A stretch of DNA of 64,000 nucleotides from Candidatus Gottesmanbacteria bacterium UBA6580 (lineage in GTDB: Bacteria > Patescibacteriota > Microgenomatia > UBA10105 > UBA927). Below the pieces are notes generated by a model. The model was given only the letters and a program-made list of their open reading frames with translations. It made no database searches and was not told the origin of the DNA. The DNA lies in contig DJJA01000003.1 in assembly GCA_002433895.1 (NCBI GenBank), positions 107,185-171,184 on the forward strand. The letters are read 5' to 3'. The position numbers were made by a program, and so were the translations under genes. This document shows, piece after piece, positions 46,757-55,548 of the stretch. Position 1 is the first letter of the stretch. Every line of letters starts with the position of its first letter.

Positions 46757-46828
46757 GCGCCCATAGTTCAATGGATAGAATAGGAGCTTGCGGAGCTTCT
46801 GATACAGGTTCGACTCCTGTTGGGCGTA
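46757..46828 (+). tRNA. tRNA-Arg(GCG) (anticodon assignment tentative)
   Basis: Acceptor GCGCCCA/TGGGCGT (G1:U72), D-arm GTTCAATGGATAGAAT, anticodon stem GGAGC/GCTTC (one G:U) with loop TTGCGGA, T-arm ACAGG TTCGACT CCTGT, discriminator A; 72 nt. Confidence 0.65.
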
Positions 46829-46835
46829 CAAGAAT

Positions 46836-47249
46836 ATGATAATTGCTCTCTGCGGCAGCCTTGCTTTTCACAAAGAAATGCGTCTCGCACAGCGGGAGTT
46901 AACGTCGTTCGGTCACCGCGTATTTGTTCCCAAAAGCCTCGATTTGATAGAAAAAGAAGGATTTGTTAAACCTACAACGGTGGATGAACGGCTTCGTGCG
47001 GAAAAAAAATACGATTTCATCCGTGAACACTTCCGTAAAATCACAAAAGCAGATGCGATACTCGTTATAAACCCAACGCATCACGGGGTGAAAGGATACA
47101 TCGGCGGCAATACCTTTTTAGAGATGGGAATCGCGTTTTATTTGGGAAAAACAATTTATCTTATCAATCCGGTACCAAAGATGGACTATGAATTAGAGCT
47201 AGCCGCCATGCACCCTATTGTTCTTGACGGTGATCTCCGCGCTCTCTGA
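46836..47249 (+). CDS. nucleoside 2-deoxyribosyltransferase-like protein (YtoQ/NDT-superfamily), paralog A
   Basis: 137 aa; IALCGSLAFHKEM ... GYIGGNTFLEMGIAFYLGKTIYLI matches the NDT flavodoxin-like fold with catalytic Glu in the TFLEMG loop. Confidence 0.5.
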   Translation: MIIALCGSLAFHKEMRLAQRELTSFGHRVFVPKSLDLIEKEGFVKPTTVDERLRAEKKYDFIREHFRKITKADAILVINPTHHGVKGYIGGNTFLEMGIAFYLGKTIYLINPVPKMDYELELAAMHPIVLDGDLRAL

Positions 47250-47296
47250 TTTTTTCAGATCGGCGAGCTTTTGAAGTATAATTGGTGGGTGGTATT

Positions 47297-47387
47297 GGAG
47301 AGGTGCAGGGAATGGCTATCCGGACAGTCTCGAAAACTGTTATCTCCGTCAGGGGATTTGTGGGTTCGAGTCCCACCCTCTCCGCCA
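47297..47387 (+). tRNA. tRNA-Ser(CGA)
   Basis: Acceptor GGAGAGG/CCTCTCC, discriminator G then CCA, anticodon stem ACAGT/ACTGT with loop CTCGAAA, long variable arm, T-loop GGTTCGAGTCC. Confidence 0.8.
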
Positions 47388-47400
47388 GAAAAGAGGAACT

Positions 47401-47817
47401 ATGACCATTACAATTTGCGGAAGTATGCAGTTTCATAAAGAAATGGCGTTTATGCGTGACGAGTTGTTGTCGCGCGGGTTTACCGTGTATGTGCCGGGCG
47501 AACTCGATGATATTCATAAAAATGAATCATATATGGATAGCGATGAAGAGCGGATCACCGCAAAAATTGAATACAATTTCATCCGTGAGCATTTCAAAAA
47601 AATCGAGATAGCGGACGCTATCCTTATCCTGAATTATGAAAAAAAGGGGATCCCCGGATATATCGGTGGTAATACATTTTTAGAGATGGGGTACGCGTTT
47701 GGATTAGGAAAAAAAGTATATTTGCTGTATCCCGTTCCCGACATGGATTACAAGACTGAAATGCACGCAATACAGCCGATTGTTATTAACGGTGACTTGT
47801 CCCAAATTACCCCTTAA
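47401..47817 (+). CDS. nucleoside 2-deoxyribosyltransferase-like protein, paralog B
   Basis: 138 aa; ITICGSMQFHKEM ... GYIGGNTFLEMGYAFGLGKKVYLL; about 55 percent identical by eye to paralog A. Confidence 0.5.
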   Translation: MTITICGSMQFHKEMAFMRDELLSRGFTVYVPGELDDIHKNESYMDSDEERITAKIEYNFIREHFKKIEIADAILILNYEKKGIPGYIGGNTFLEMGYAFGLGKKVYLLYPVPDMDYKTEMHAIQPIVINGDLSQITP

Positions 47818-49895
47818 GGCTCTACATCTTTTCCGTCTGTTTTAGTTGCGTTGATGTATGTTGTCACGATGTTTCCCTGCGCATCTTTCAGCGTGAGGGT
47901 GCCGCCGTTTAGTCCTTTAAGCGTATTATTTTTTAATTTTTCGACCCCGGAAGTGCCATCATAGGTTGTTGATGAGTAAAGCCATGTGCAGCATTCGGCG
48001 TAAAAACTGTTTTGGACCACGCCTATTTCAACGATGTCGCTTGTATTGGTGATACGCGTTATCGCCGGAGTAAAGGTGATGCCATCAAAGGCGGCGAGCG
48101 TGACTACTTCCGGATCCGCCGGCTTCCGGGGAATAACGCCGATGGCTACCGGTTTATCAGGCAACGAATTTCCCACGATGCGTTGGTGAAGCGCAACTTT
48201 GATGAGCTTTCCGTTAAATACGTTCTCCAGTAGCGTCAGCAGTTCTGTTTCTTTTGCTTTGTTTATTCGCCCGGGCGTCACCCATACCATAACTCCGGGT
48301 ACGTCTTCTGCGAGTGGCTTTTTGTCGCTGCTGATAATTGATCCCCTGCGCGCGGGAGAAACCCGTGTTTCAAGGCGAGAGGTGTCATCAAGTCCCGGTA
48401 AAAGCAGAGACCAGTCCCATGGAATACGCCACCTATTGTCTTCCTTCACAAAAGGCACATCGGTGTCGACGGTGAATGTCCCGAGTTGCCGGGTAAAGTA
48501 GGTAAACGTCATTGGCACAAATTGTGGCGATTGGCGACTGGTTATTACCTTCCCTTTTTGTTCGATGTTTATAAATTCAATTTCTCCGTCTGCCATAATG
48601 CTATGAGCAAATCTACGGAACCCGTCTCTTGTTGCGGTGCTCCGGAAATGTTTTGTGGTGTCTTCATACACGTCCGCAAACAGGAAATGTTCTGTGTTGT
48701 AGACAAACTGGTTAATGACCGATTGTGGTGAGGGAAATAATATGGGGATAGATGAAATGACATTTGCCGTCAGTAGTACGCCGTATACAACGGCTCCAAC
48801 ACGCTGGGGCAGCTTTGTGATGATGGCGCCGCCGGTAATATAGAGAAGCGGGAGAATGACGACAAGATACCGCACCCAAAAGGGGACTACAGCGTAGAGT
48901 ACGAGGGTAACAAAAAGTATGCCGATAACCACCCCCCAACCCGCGTCTGTTGCTTTGTCGCGAAGCTTCGTGAAGCCAGCGGCGACTGCAGAAAAAAATA
49001 GTATCCCCCATGTGGGGCTCCACTCAGGCGCGATTTCCCAACGGTGTGAAAAAATATTTTGATATCTGCCGGTAATAAGGGTAACGATATCGCTTCCCCA
49101 GGTGGGTGCCAGATTTGCGTTGCGGTAGAAGCTGATGGTCCATTTTTGTATTTTTATCCAGTCAAGCAGGGTATGCCCATGGGTGAAATAGCCGGTGTAC
49201 GGAACGAGATACCCAATAAGTCCGCCGACAAAAAGCATAACGATAAGACGTGGCGAGCGGGTAGAGACATGGATATACCAGATGGCGGCAGCCATGATAA
49301 CGGGTGTGAGTACCGGTAATTTTGTGGCGGAAAATAATCCGAGCGCCACACCGGAAGCGAGCGCCAACGCCGGCTGGTGACGCTTTGTGCGGCCGGCGCA
49401 TATGATGAGTGACAGAAACAGTACGAGGAGACCCGCCTGTAACGCATCCATCATGGTAAGGGCAAATTGGTTGGTTATCAGTGGGTCGGTTGCAAGAAGC
49501 ACAGTGAGCATAAGCGCGGGGACTGTTTTTTTGATCAGCAGAAGCGCCAAAAAGTACGTGCCGATAAGAAGAGAGACCGTGGTGATAAGGCCGTAGAGGT
49601 ACCCGTTATTCAGCGATATGATGCTGAGGCCGATAAGGTATTTTCCTAGCGGGGGCATTTCAGCGTTTGTGCTGGTAGGGTCTCCTCCGCTGATAAGCCG
49701 GTACCCTTCATAGAGATATAATCCGTCGTCGCCGATCGTGCGAAGCGAAAGCGGGAGTTTCCATTGGGACTGTTCGTACCTATCTTTCCAATATGCTTCG
49801 TCAAACTGCGAAAAAAACAGCGCGCGATGCGCATAAACGACCAAACTGAGATACGAGACAAGAAGTACAAGAAATAGAATAAAGGCACGTCGCAT
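47814..49895 (-). CDS. GT-C fold membrane glycosyltransferase (ArnT/PMT, GT39/GT83-like) with C-terminal extracytoplasmic domain
   Basis: FDEAYW (DE motif in the first loop) and PPLGKYLIGLSI characteristic of PMT_2/ArnT-type enzymes; about 11 TM helices, then a 270-aa soluble C-terminal domain. Confidence 0.55.
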   Translation of the reverse strand: MRRAFILFLVLLVSYLSLVVYAHRALFFSQFDEAYWKDRYEQSQWKLPLSLRTIGDDGLYLYEGYRLISGGDPTSTNAEMPPLGKYLIGLSIISLNNGYLYGLITTVSLLIGTYFLALLLIKKTVPALMLTVLLATDPLITNQFALTMMDALQAGLLVLFLSLIICAGRTKRHQPALALASGVALGLFSATKLPVLTPVIMAAAIWYIHVSTRSPRLIVMLFVGGLIGYLVPYTGYFTHGHTLLDWIKIQKWTISFYRNANLAPTWGSDIVTLITGRYQNIFSHRWEIAPEWSPTWGILFFSAVAAGFTKLRDKATDAGWGVVIGILFVTLVLYAVVPFWVRYLVVILPLLYITGGAIITKLPQRVGAVVYGVLLTANVISSIPILFPSPQSVINQFVYNTEHFLFADVYEDTTKHFRSTATRDGFRRFAHSIMADGEIEFINIEQKGKVITSRQSPQFVPMTFTYFTRQLGTFTVDTDVPFVKEDNRWRIPWDWSLLLPGLDDTSRLETRVSPARRGSIISSDKKPLAEDVPGVMVWVTPGRINKAKETELLTLLENVFNGKLIKVALHQRIVGNSLPDKPVAIGVIPRKPADPEVVTLAAFDGITFTPAITRITNTSDIVEIGVVQNSFYAECCTWLYSSTTYDGTSGVEKLKNNTLKGLNGGTLTLKDAQGNIVTTYINATKTDGKDVEP

Positions 49896-50054
49896 ACTGA
49901 TAACCCAATTCTAGCAGAGAGCAGGCATAGGCGGTATAATAAGGCTTGTACATCGCTTATTGATGTATGCATTCGGTCGTGGGAGTGGAGGATGCACAAC
50001 TCGCGACACGAAAATGGCAATATCAGGAAAAACCACACGGTTTTGTCCGGTAAG

Positions 50055-50126
50055 GCTCTCGTAGTTCAATGGATAGAATGCGGCCCTCCGAAGGCTGTGA
50101 TGGCAGTTCGACTCTGCCCGGGAGTA
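50055..50126 (+). tRNA. tRNA-Arg(CCG)
   Basis: Acceptor GCTCTCG/CGGGAGT, same D-arm as the 46757 tRNA, anticodon stem CGGCC/GGCTG with loop CTCCGAA, T-arm GGCAG TTCGACT CTGCC, discriminator A. Confidence 0.8.
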
Positions 50127-50148
50127 CTCAGGCTGATATACTATATTT

Positions 50149-50745
50149 ATGAAGGATCAAAAGAGGCTAACGAACCTTATCTATGAAGCGGCAAACGTCA
50201 AACGGATGCTCCGGACCGGTTGGCAGCGCCTTGGTGATAATGAAGAAGGCGTTGGCGAGCACTCGTTTATGACTGCGGTTATTGCGTATTTACTTGCCCG
50301 GGAAATAAATGCCGTGGGTGACGCTTCGCGGAACGTATCGATGGAAAAAATTATGTTAATGAGTATATTCCATGATTTTCATGAGGGGCGGACCGGTGAG
50401 ATGGATAAGGTGGCGAAACTGTATATGACCCGGCATGAAGACAAAGCAAACGAAGATATTTTTAAAGGCGTAGATGACGATCTGCTGACATTGTTAAGCG
50501 AATATGAGGCACGAAAATCACTTGATGCCCAAGTAGTATATGAAGCAAATGTGATTGCGTTCGGAGTGGAGTGCAAAATTTTGATGGAAAAAGGAAATAC
50601 GCATGCTAAGGAGTGGATGGATGCAAATTCCAAAAGAGTGCGGCTACCTGAGTCTATTGAACTTATGACCTCTCTTGCAGTCACCGACTCGCAGGATTGG
50701 TGGAAAGATATCCGTGAAGCTATCCACGAAGAATTTGCTAAGTGA
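50149..50745 (+). CDS. HD-domain phosphohydrolase (YfbR-like 5'-deoxynucleotidase family)
   Basis: EHSFMTAVIAYLLA ... IFHDFHEGRTGEMDKV carries the H..HD metal-binding signature. Confidence 0.6.
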   Translation: MKDQKRLTNLIYEAANVKRMLRTGWQRLGDNEEGVGEHSFMTAVIAYLLAREINAVGDASRNVSMEKIMLMSIFHDFHEGRTGEMDKVAKLYMTRHEDKANEDIFKGVDDDLLTLLSEYEARKSLDAQVVYEANVIAFGVECKILMEKGNTHAKEWMDANSKRVRLPESIELMTSLAVTDSQDWWKDIREAIHEEFAK

Positions 50746-51666
50746 TTATTCCCCCTCCTTAAATAACACCGCCGCCATTTTTTTTGTAATCCGGCTGCTT
50801 GTTGCAAATACTACCCCGACAATAATGAGTGCTGCTCCGAGAAGGTAGGTAAGTGTAAGGCGTTCGCCCAGGATAACCGCGTTTATCGCGACAGCTATCA
50901 CCAGTTGTATGTATTCTTTCAGCGATGCTGTTGAGGCAGAAACGTGTTGTACTCCCCACTGAAACAGGAAAAAAGTAATAATAGTAATTCCGACCGCCGC
51001 GTACAACAACACGCCGGTATATGAAGGGATAGTGAGAGCAGGTGAAAGGAGTGTTTGGCCGGCAAGAAGTGCGGCGGCGGTTGCCGCAATCGTGACGGTA
51101 AAAATATTGACTGATGTGGACAGAATAGGAGAAAAATCCCCGTGTAAGAGTATGCGCCGTGAAAAAATAATATACATTGTCCAGCACAGAAGACTTCCAA
51201 CCATAAATATGTTACCCAGCAAATTCCCTGACGTAATATTTCCTTTGTCTATCATTGGTAACAGCACGATACAGAGTGCGCCGATAAGACCGATACATAT
51301 GCCCGCCAGTTTATTTTTCTGGATGGGCTCGTTTAAAAATAATGGAGAGAAAAGCGCTACAGTGATGGGAATTGTTGTGCCAAGTATGCTCCCCGTATTT
51401 GCCGTAGTAAGCGAGAGTCCTAAATAATAAAACAAAATATTTCCCGTGTTGAATAATCCAAGCGGTAGCAGCGCGCGCCAAAAACCTTTTGGTTTATTGG
51501 TACGGAGAAAAAAAGGGAGAATTATCAGTGATGCCAAAATAAACCGGTGGCTGGCGGCAACAAATGGTGGTACCTCCATGAAAAGCAATTTGGAAACCGA
51601 TCCGGCACTTGCCCATAAACCAGCGGAAACAAGGATAGCCAGCAGTGCTTTGGTGTGAATTGACAT
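50746..51666 (-). CDS. EamA/DMT-superfamily transporter
   Basis: 306 aa, 10 hydrophobic helices in two 5-TM halves, typical EamA duplication. Confidence 0.7.
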   Translation of the reverse strand: MSIHTKALLAILVSAGLWASAGSVSKLLFMEVPPFVAASHRFILASLIILPFFLRTNKPKGFWRALLPLGLFNTGNILFYYLGLSLTTANTGSILGTTIPITVALFSPLFLNEPIQKNKLAGICIGLIGALCIVLLPMIDKGNITSGNLLGNIFMVGSLLCWTMYIIFSRRILLHGDFSPILSTSVNIFTVTIAATAAALLAGQTLLSPALTIPSYTGVLLYAAVGITIITFFLFQWGVQHVSASTASLKEYIQLVIAVAINAVILGERLTLTYLLGAALIIVGVVFATSSRITKKMAAVLFKEGE

Positions 51667-51710
51667 GAGAAGTATTATATTCCTCCCCGTGTCATGAAAC
51701 TACTTCAGCT

Positions 51711-52490
51711 TCACTTTTTGGCAGATTTTCTCGTTTGTTCTTTCATCCAGGTGAGCAGCTTGCCGTGCGTGTCATACGGAAACGTTGTCCGTTTCCAGAA
51801 CTCAAGTGTGTTGCTCTTACGAACAGCGGGAGAGTTAAGGTGTGCCATTATCCCCGGCGCTTCCATGGGATCATGCGCGACGATGACGTCTTCTGCGGCA
51901 AATCCATTGGCTGCCACGTCCCATCCGCAGGTGAGTATCATGGTGCGCGCAAGATGTGACGCTGTGGTAAACACTGCTACCCGTCGCAGCTGCTGCTGAT
52001 TGACGATAATTGATAGGCTTTCCGCGTTTTTGGATGTATTTGCTGCCTGTTCATTGATAATTGCACCATCCGGTACGGTCACGCGGTTATTTGATATTTC
52101 AGCGACATATTTCCGGAATACCCAGTCATATGAACCGTTTATTCGTTTGCCTTCGCCATTTAACATTATGACCTGTTTCGGCGTTTTTCCTTCGAGCGCC
52201 CACTCCACATACTTGATGGCAGCTGCTTTCAGCCGTTTTTTGGTGATGCCATTCGGGAACGGTAGTCCATTTTTTCCATACGATGGACCGCCGTCAAATA
52301 CCGCAATCGCGTCAAAGGGAATGTTGCCACTGTTATCGGCGCAATGTACCGGTTGGCCAAAGGCCGCCGTTATCACACGGTGGGTCGTGTCAAAATTAAT
52401 AGCCGGCGGAGCCAACAGCGCGATTGCTCCGGTCAGAAGCAGCGCTTTTCTCCCGGTGAGTCTTTTTTGTCTACCATGTTCTTTGCGCAT
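51711..52490 (-). CDS. DUF218 (YdcF/ElyC/SanA-like) protein with signal anchor
   Basis: NTSKNAESLSIIVNQQQLRRVAVFTTASHLARTMI matches the conserved DUF218 core. Confidence 0.5.
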   Translation of the reverse strand: MRKEHGRQKRLTGRKALLLTGAIALLAPPAINFDTTHRVITAAFGQPVHCADNSGNIPFDAIAVFDGGPSYGKNGLPFPNGITKKRLKAAAIKYVEWALEGKTPKQVIMLNGEGKRINGSYDWVFRKYVAEISNNRVTVPDGAIINEQAANTSKNAESLSIIVNQQQLRRVAVFTTASHLARTMILTCGWDVAANGFAAEDVIVAHDPMEAPGIMAHLNSPAVRKSNTLEFWKRTTFPYDTHGKLLTWMKEQTRKSAKK

Positions 52491-52569
52491 ACGTTTGTTG
52501 TGAGAAAAATTACAATGGTGGCTATTATAGCATCAGATCAAGCTCTATAAATGATATAATTGCCATATT

Positions 52570-52654
52570 GGAGGAGTGGCCCAGCGGCTACGGCATACGC
52601 TTGGAAAGCGTACGGGAGCAATCCCTCGCAGGTTCGAGTCCTGTCTCCTCCGCA
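52570..52654 (+). tRNA. tRNA-Ser(GGA)
   Basis: Acceptor GGAGGAG/CTCCTCC, discriminator G, anticodon stem TACGC/GCGTA with loop TTGGAAA, long variable arm, T-loop GGTTCGAGTCC. Confidence 0.8.
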
Positions 52655-52713
52655 CGTTACCAGTTTTTTGTTCATGTGTAACACAATTCAGCAATTGGTG
52701 AGATAATGGGCAA

Positions 52714-54279
52714 GTGAAGCGTTTTTTCTTCGGTGATTTCCGGTTTGTTCATATACTATTTACGATATTTTGGTTTGGATTTCTCCTTACCGGCTTACGA
52801 GTTTTCCCCGATTATGGCGTTCCCATAGACGAATACTCCCAGATAGACATCGGCCGGGTAAATTATGAGCGTATTGTTCATGGAAATATGGAAATACAAA
52901 CGCATTTCGACCGGTATTATGGACCGGCGTTTGAGGTGCCACTCTATCTTGTGAGCAATAGCATTACCGATTGGCTTGGTATCGATATCATGAGCGCGCG
53001 GCATTTGGGGATATTTTTATTTTTCGCTTGTTCGCTTATCGTTTTTTATGTGCTGCTTGCCGCCATACACCATAACCCGGTATACGGACTGCTCGGCGTC
53101 ATTTTGCTCGTTATTACTCCCCGGTTTTTTGCGGAGGGATTTTATAACACGAAAGATATGGCGTTTTTATCGATGACCATTTGGGTGTTATACGCGGGTT
53201 TTTGGGTAAATCCCAAAAAGTGGATGACGGTAGCTGTCGCGGGGATTGTGACCGGCCTTGCCATATCGGTGCGCGCGCAAGGCCTTCTGTTGCTTATGGC
53301 GGTGGCGCTGACGATGGCGCTGCATAAGGATGTGGGTATCTGGAGGAGGGCGGCGGTAGCGACGGGGTATATTGCCGTATCACTCGTGACACTGTTTTTT
53401 ACTTTTCCCGTTTTTTGGAACGATACACTCCGGAATATTATTGGATTTTGGCAGTCAGCCGCAAATCCCGTTGGTGTCCCGACGTTATATTTCGGTACAT
53501 GGTATATCAGTCCGAATTTACCATGGCATTACCATTTTGTGTGGGTTGGTATTACCGGTTTATTATCGGTTATAGGCACTGCTATTGCAGGGATTGGATG
53601 GTATGTGGCGAAGTCAATCAGGACGGGGAAATACCATACTTCGGAATACCGGACGAACTTTACGATGATTGCCATAATCGTCGGGACATTTGCGGTGTCG
53701 GTATTTTTTAATCCGCGTTCTTATGATGGATGGCGTCACATATATTATATATATCCGTGCCTGATTGGATTTTCAGTTTATTTTTTCCGGGCAGTATATG
53801 AACGTCAAGCGTCTGTTTTGTTGCGGGGGTTGTTTTTTGGAGTGACCGTTGCGGTATGCGTGGACTGTTTTTTTGCCCTGGCGTTTATAGTGCGTAATCA
53901 CCCGAACCAGTATGTATATTTTAATATGCTTGCAGGTGGGTACAAAAACGCAAAGGAAAATTTTGATATGGATTACTGGGGGATTTCCCAAAAACAAGCG
54001 CTTGAACATCTTGTTACATGGCCGGATAATCCTTCCCGGTTCGTCTATTTTGATCAAATGCTTCCGTATGCGCGGTATGGTATGCTGCCGCGGTTGTTAA
54101 AAAAAGGGTGGATATACACCGAGTCGATTAGTAATGCTGATATGTATATTGCCGCGTACCGGGATTATAAAACGGTGTCTCTGAAGAATTTTTCAAAAGT
54201 GTATTCGGTTATGGTTGAGGGGGTAGATATTTCCGCCGTATACGCATCCCAGCCATACGTTTCACTGCTAAAACAATGA
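52714..54279 (+). CDS. polytopic membrane protein, GT-C-like glycosyltransferase candidate
   Basis: 521 aa, at least 11 TM helices; PIDEYSQID loop with DE motif after TM1 as in GT-C enzymes; weak. Confidence 0.4.
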   Translation: MKRFFFGDFRFVHILFTIFWFGFLLTGLRVFPDYGVPIDEYSQIDIGRVNYERIVHGNMEIQTHFDRYYGPAFEVPLYLVSNSITDWLGIDIMSARHLGIFLFFACSLIVFYVLLAAIHHNPVYGLLGVILLVITPRFFAEGFYNTKDMAFLSMTIWVLYAGFWVNPKKWMTVAVAGIVTGLAISVRAQGLLLLMAVALTMALHKDVGIWRRAAVATGYIAVSLVTLFFTFPVFWNDTLRNIIGFWQSAANPVGVPTLYFGTWYISPNLPWHYHFVWVGITGLLSVIGTAIAGIGWYVAKSIRTGKYHTSEYRTNFTMIAIIVGTFAVSVFFNPRSYDGWRHIYYIYPCLIGFSVYFFRAVYERQASVLLRGLFFGVTVAVCVDCFFALAFIVRNHPNQYVYFNMLAGGYKNAKENFDMDYWGISQKQALEHLVTWPDNPSRFVYFDQMLPYARYGMLPRLLKKGWIYTESISNADMYIAAYRDYKTVSLKNFSKVYSVMVEGVDISAVYASQPYVSLLKQ

Positions 54280-54968
54280 ATGCCGCAAGAGAACTACTGA
54301 CCCGTATATATGCCGATAAGGAATTCGCCAACGCGATAGCGCCTGATCTTTTTCCCGTATCGATTAATGCCACGCAAGGCGCATTTTTGGTTCATATCAT
54401 AGAGCAGTATAAACCGAAAGTTATCGTAGAGCTGGGTTTTCGTTATGGTATTTCATCTTTATGGATACAAAGTGCCGCGCACCTTCCTCATCGCCATATT
54501 ATTATTGATCCCTATCATCACATTCCAAATCCCCCAAAACGATACACAATAGACACGTTTATTAAGAAGCAAAAAGGCGTGATACAAGAAGAAGGGATGA
54601 CGAGTCAGGAGTATCTCGCGGGACTGTTGAGTAAAAAAATACAAGTCGATATGGTGTTTATCGATGCCAGCCAATGGTTTGATAGCGTGATGACCGACAT
54701 GTATTTCGTAAGTAGAATACTGCGGGTGCGGGGAATAGTGGTTATCCGAAATATTTGGAGCAAACCTGTACGCCGCGCGGTTATGTATTATCTGAAAAAT
54801 CTCCCGTTTCGTGTTGTTGGTATTGCCCCCTGGCAAGGGTGGATCATCGCGCATGTTCCCGTGTTTGGTGAACTATTGCTCCGGGCAGTTATAAGGCCTT
54901 TGGATTTATGTGTGATGCAACTCACCCGTAACGACAACAGGGAATGGAATTCATATATTCCGTTTTAA
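54276..54968 (+). CDS. class I SAM-dependent methyltransferase-like protein
   Basis: VIVELGFRYGISSL (motif I-like) and MVFIDASQWFDSV (motif II/III-like), similar to the O-methyltransferase / CmcI-type Rossmann fold. Confidence 0.45.
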   Translation: MNAARELLTRIYADKEFANAIAPDLFPVSINATQGAFLVHIIEQYKPKVIVELGFRYGISSLWIQSAAHLPHRHIIIDPYHHIPNPPKRYTIDTFIKKQKGVIQEEGMTSQEYLAGLLSKKIQVDMVFIDASQWFDSVMTDMYFVSRILRVRGIVVIRNIWSKPVRRAVMYYLKNLPFRVVGIAPWQGWIIAHVPVFGELLLRAVIRPLDLCVMQLTRNDNREWNSYIPF

Positions 54969-54975
54969 TCATTGT

Positions 54976-55446
54976 ATGATTACCTGTGCGTTTGAAAATG
55001 GAAAAGCAGCGAACCTCCGTCATGTTGTGGTTCATGCGATTGTCGAAAGGGACGGTGCGTTGCTTTTAGTTAAGCGGTCGCCCGGTATATCAGAAGGCGG
55101 TAAGTGGTCATTACCCTCCGGGTATTTAGACCGTGACGAAACAGCCGCACAGGGTGCGCTCCGCGAGCTCAAAGAAGAGACCGGCTGGGATGGAGAGGTG
55201 CGATCACTATTTATTATTAAAACTGATCCCCACCGACCGCATGAAGATAGACAAAATGTATCCTTCCATTTTCTTATTACTCCAACGAAGCAAGCAGGTG
55301 TAAAAGATGGGGAATCAACTGCGGTCGCCTGGGTGCCAATACGCGAGCTCCCGCCGCTTTACGGATTAGCTTTTGACCATGGCGAAGCGGTGGAGTGGTA
55401 TCTCCGTTACCGGTCCCAAGAGTTTTCACTTCCTCTGGTGATGTAA
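54976..55446 (+). CDS. NUDIX hydrolase
   Basis: NUDIX box GGKWSLPSGYLDRDETAAQGALRELKEETGW. Confidence 0.8.
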   Translation: MITCAFENGKAANLRHVVVHAIVERDGALLLVKRSPGISEGGKWSLPSGYLDRDETAAQGALRELKEETGWDGEVRSLFIIKTDPHRPHEDRQNVSFHFLITPTKQAGVKDGESTAVAWVPIRELPPLYGLAFDHGEAVEWYLRYRSQEFSLPLVM

Positions 55447-55548
55447 ACTGGCCGTTGTAACAGATGCAACAGAAGCAAATGATGCTTGCTCTGGCAGACG
55501 GCAGATATTAGAAATCCTTCACTTAGTGTGTTATTCTGCGCTCATTAT

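Noticed and set aside
42570-52654. tRNA cluster as an integration hotspot or genomic island boundary
   Set aside because: No integrase, transposase, direct repeats of tRNA 3' ends or other mobile-element signatures were found next to any of the seven tRNAs.
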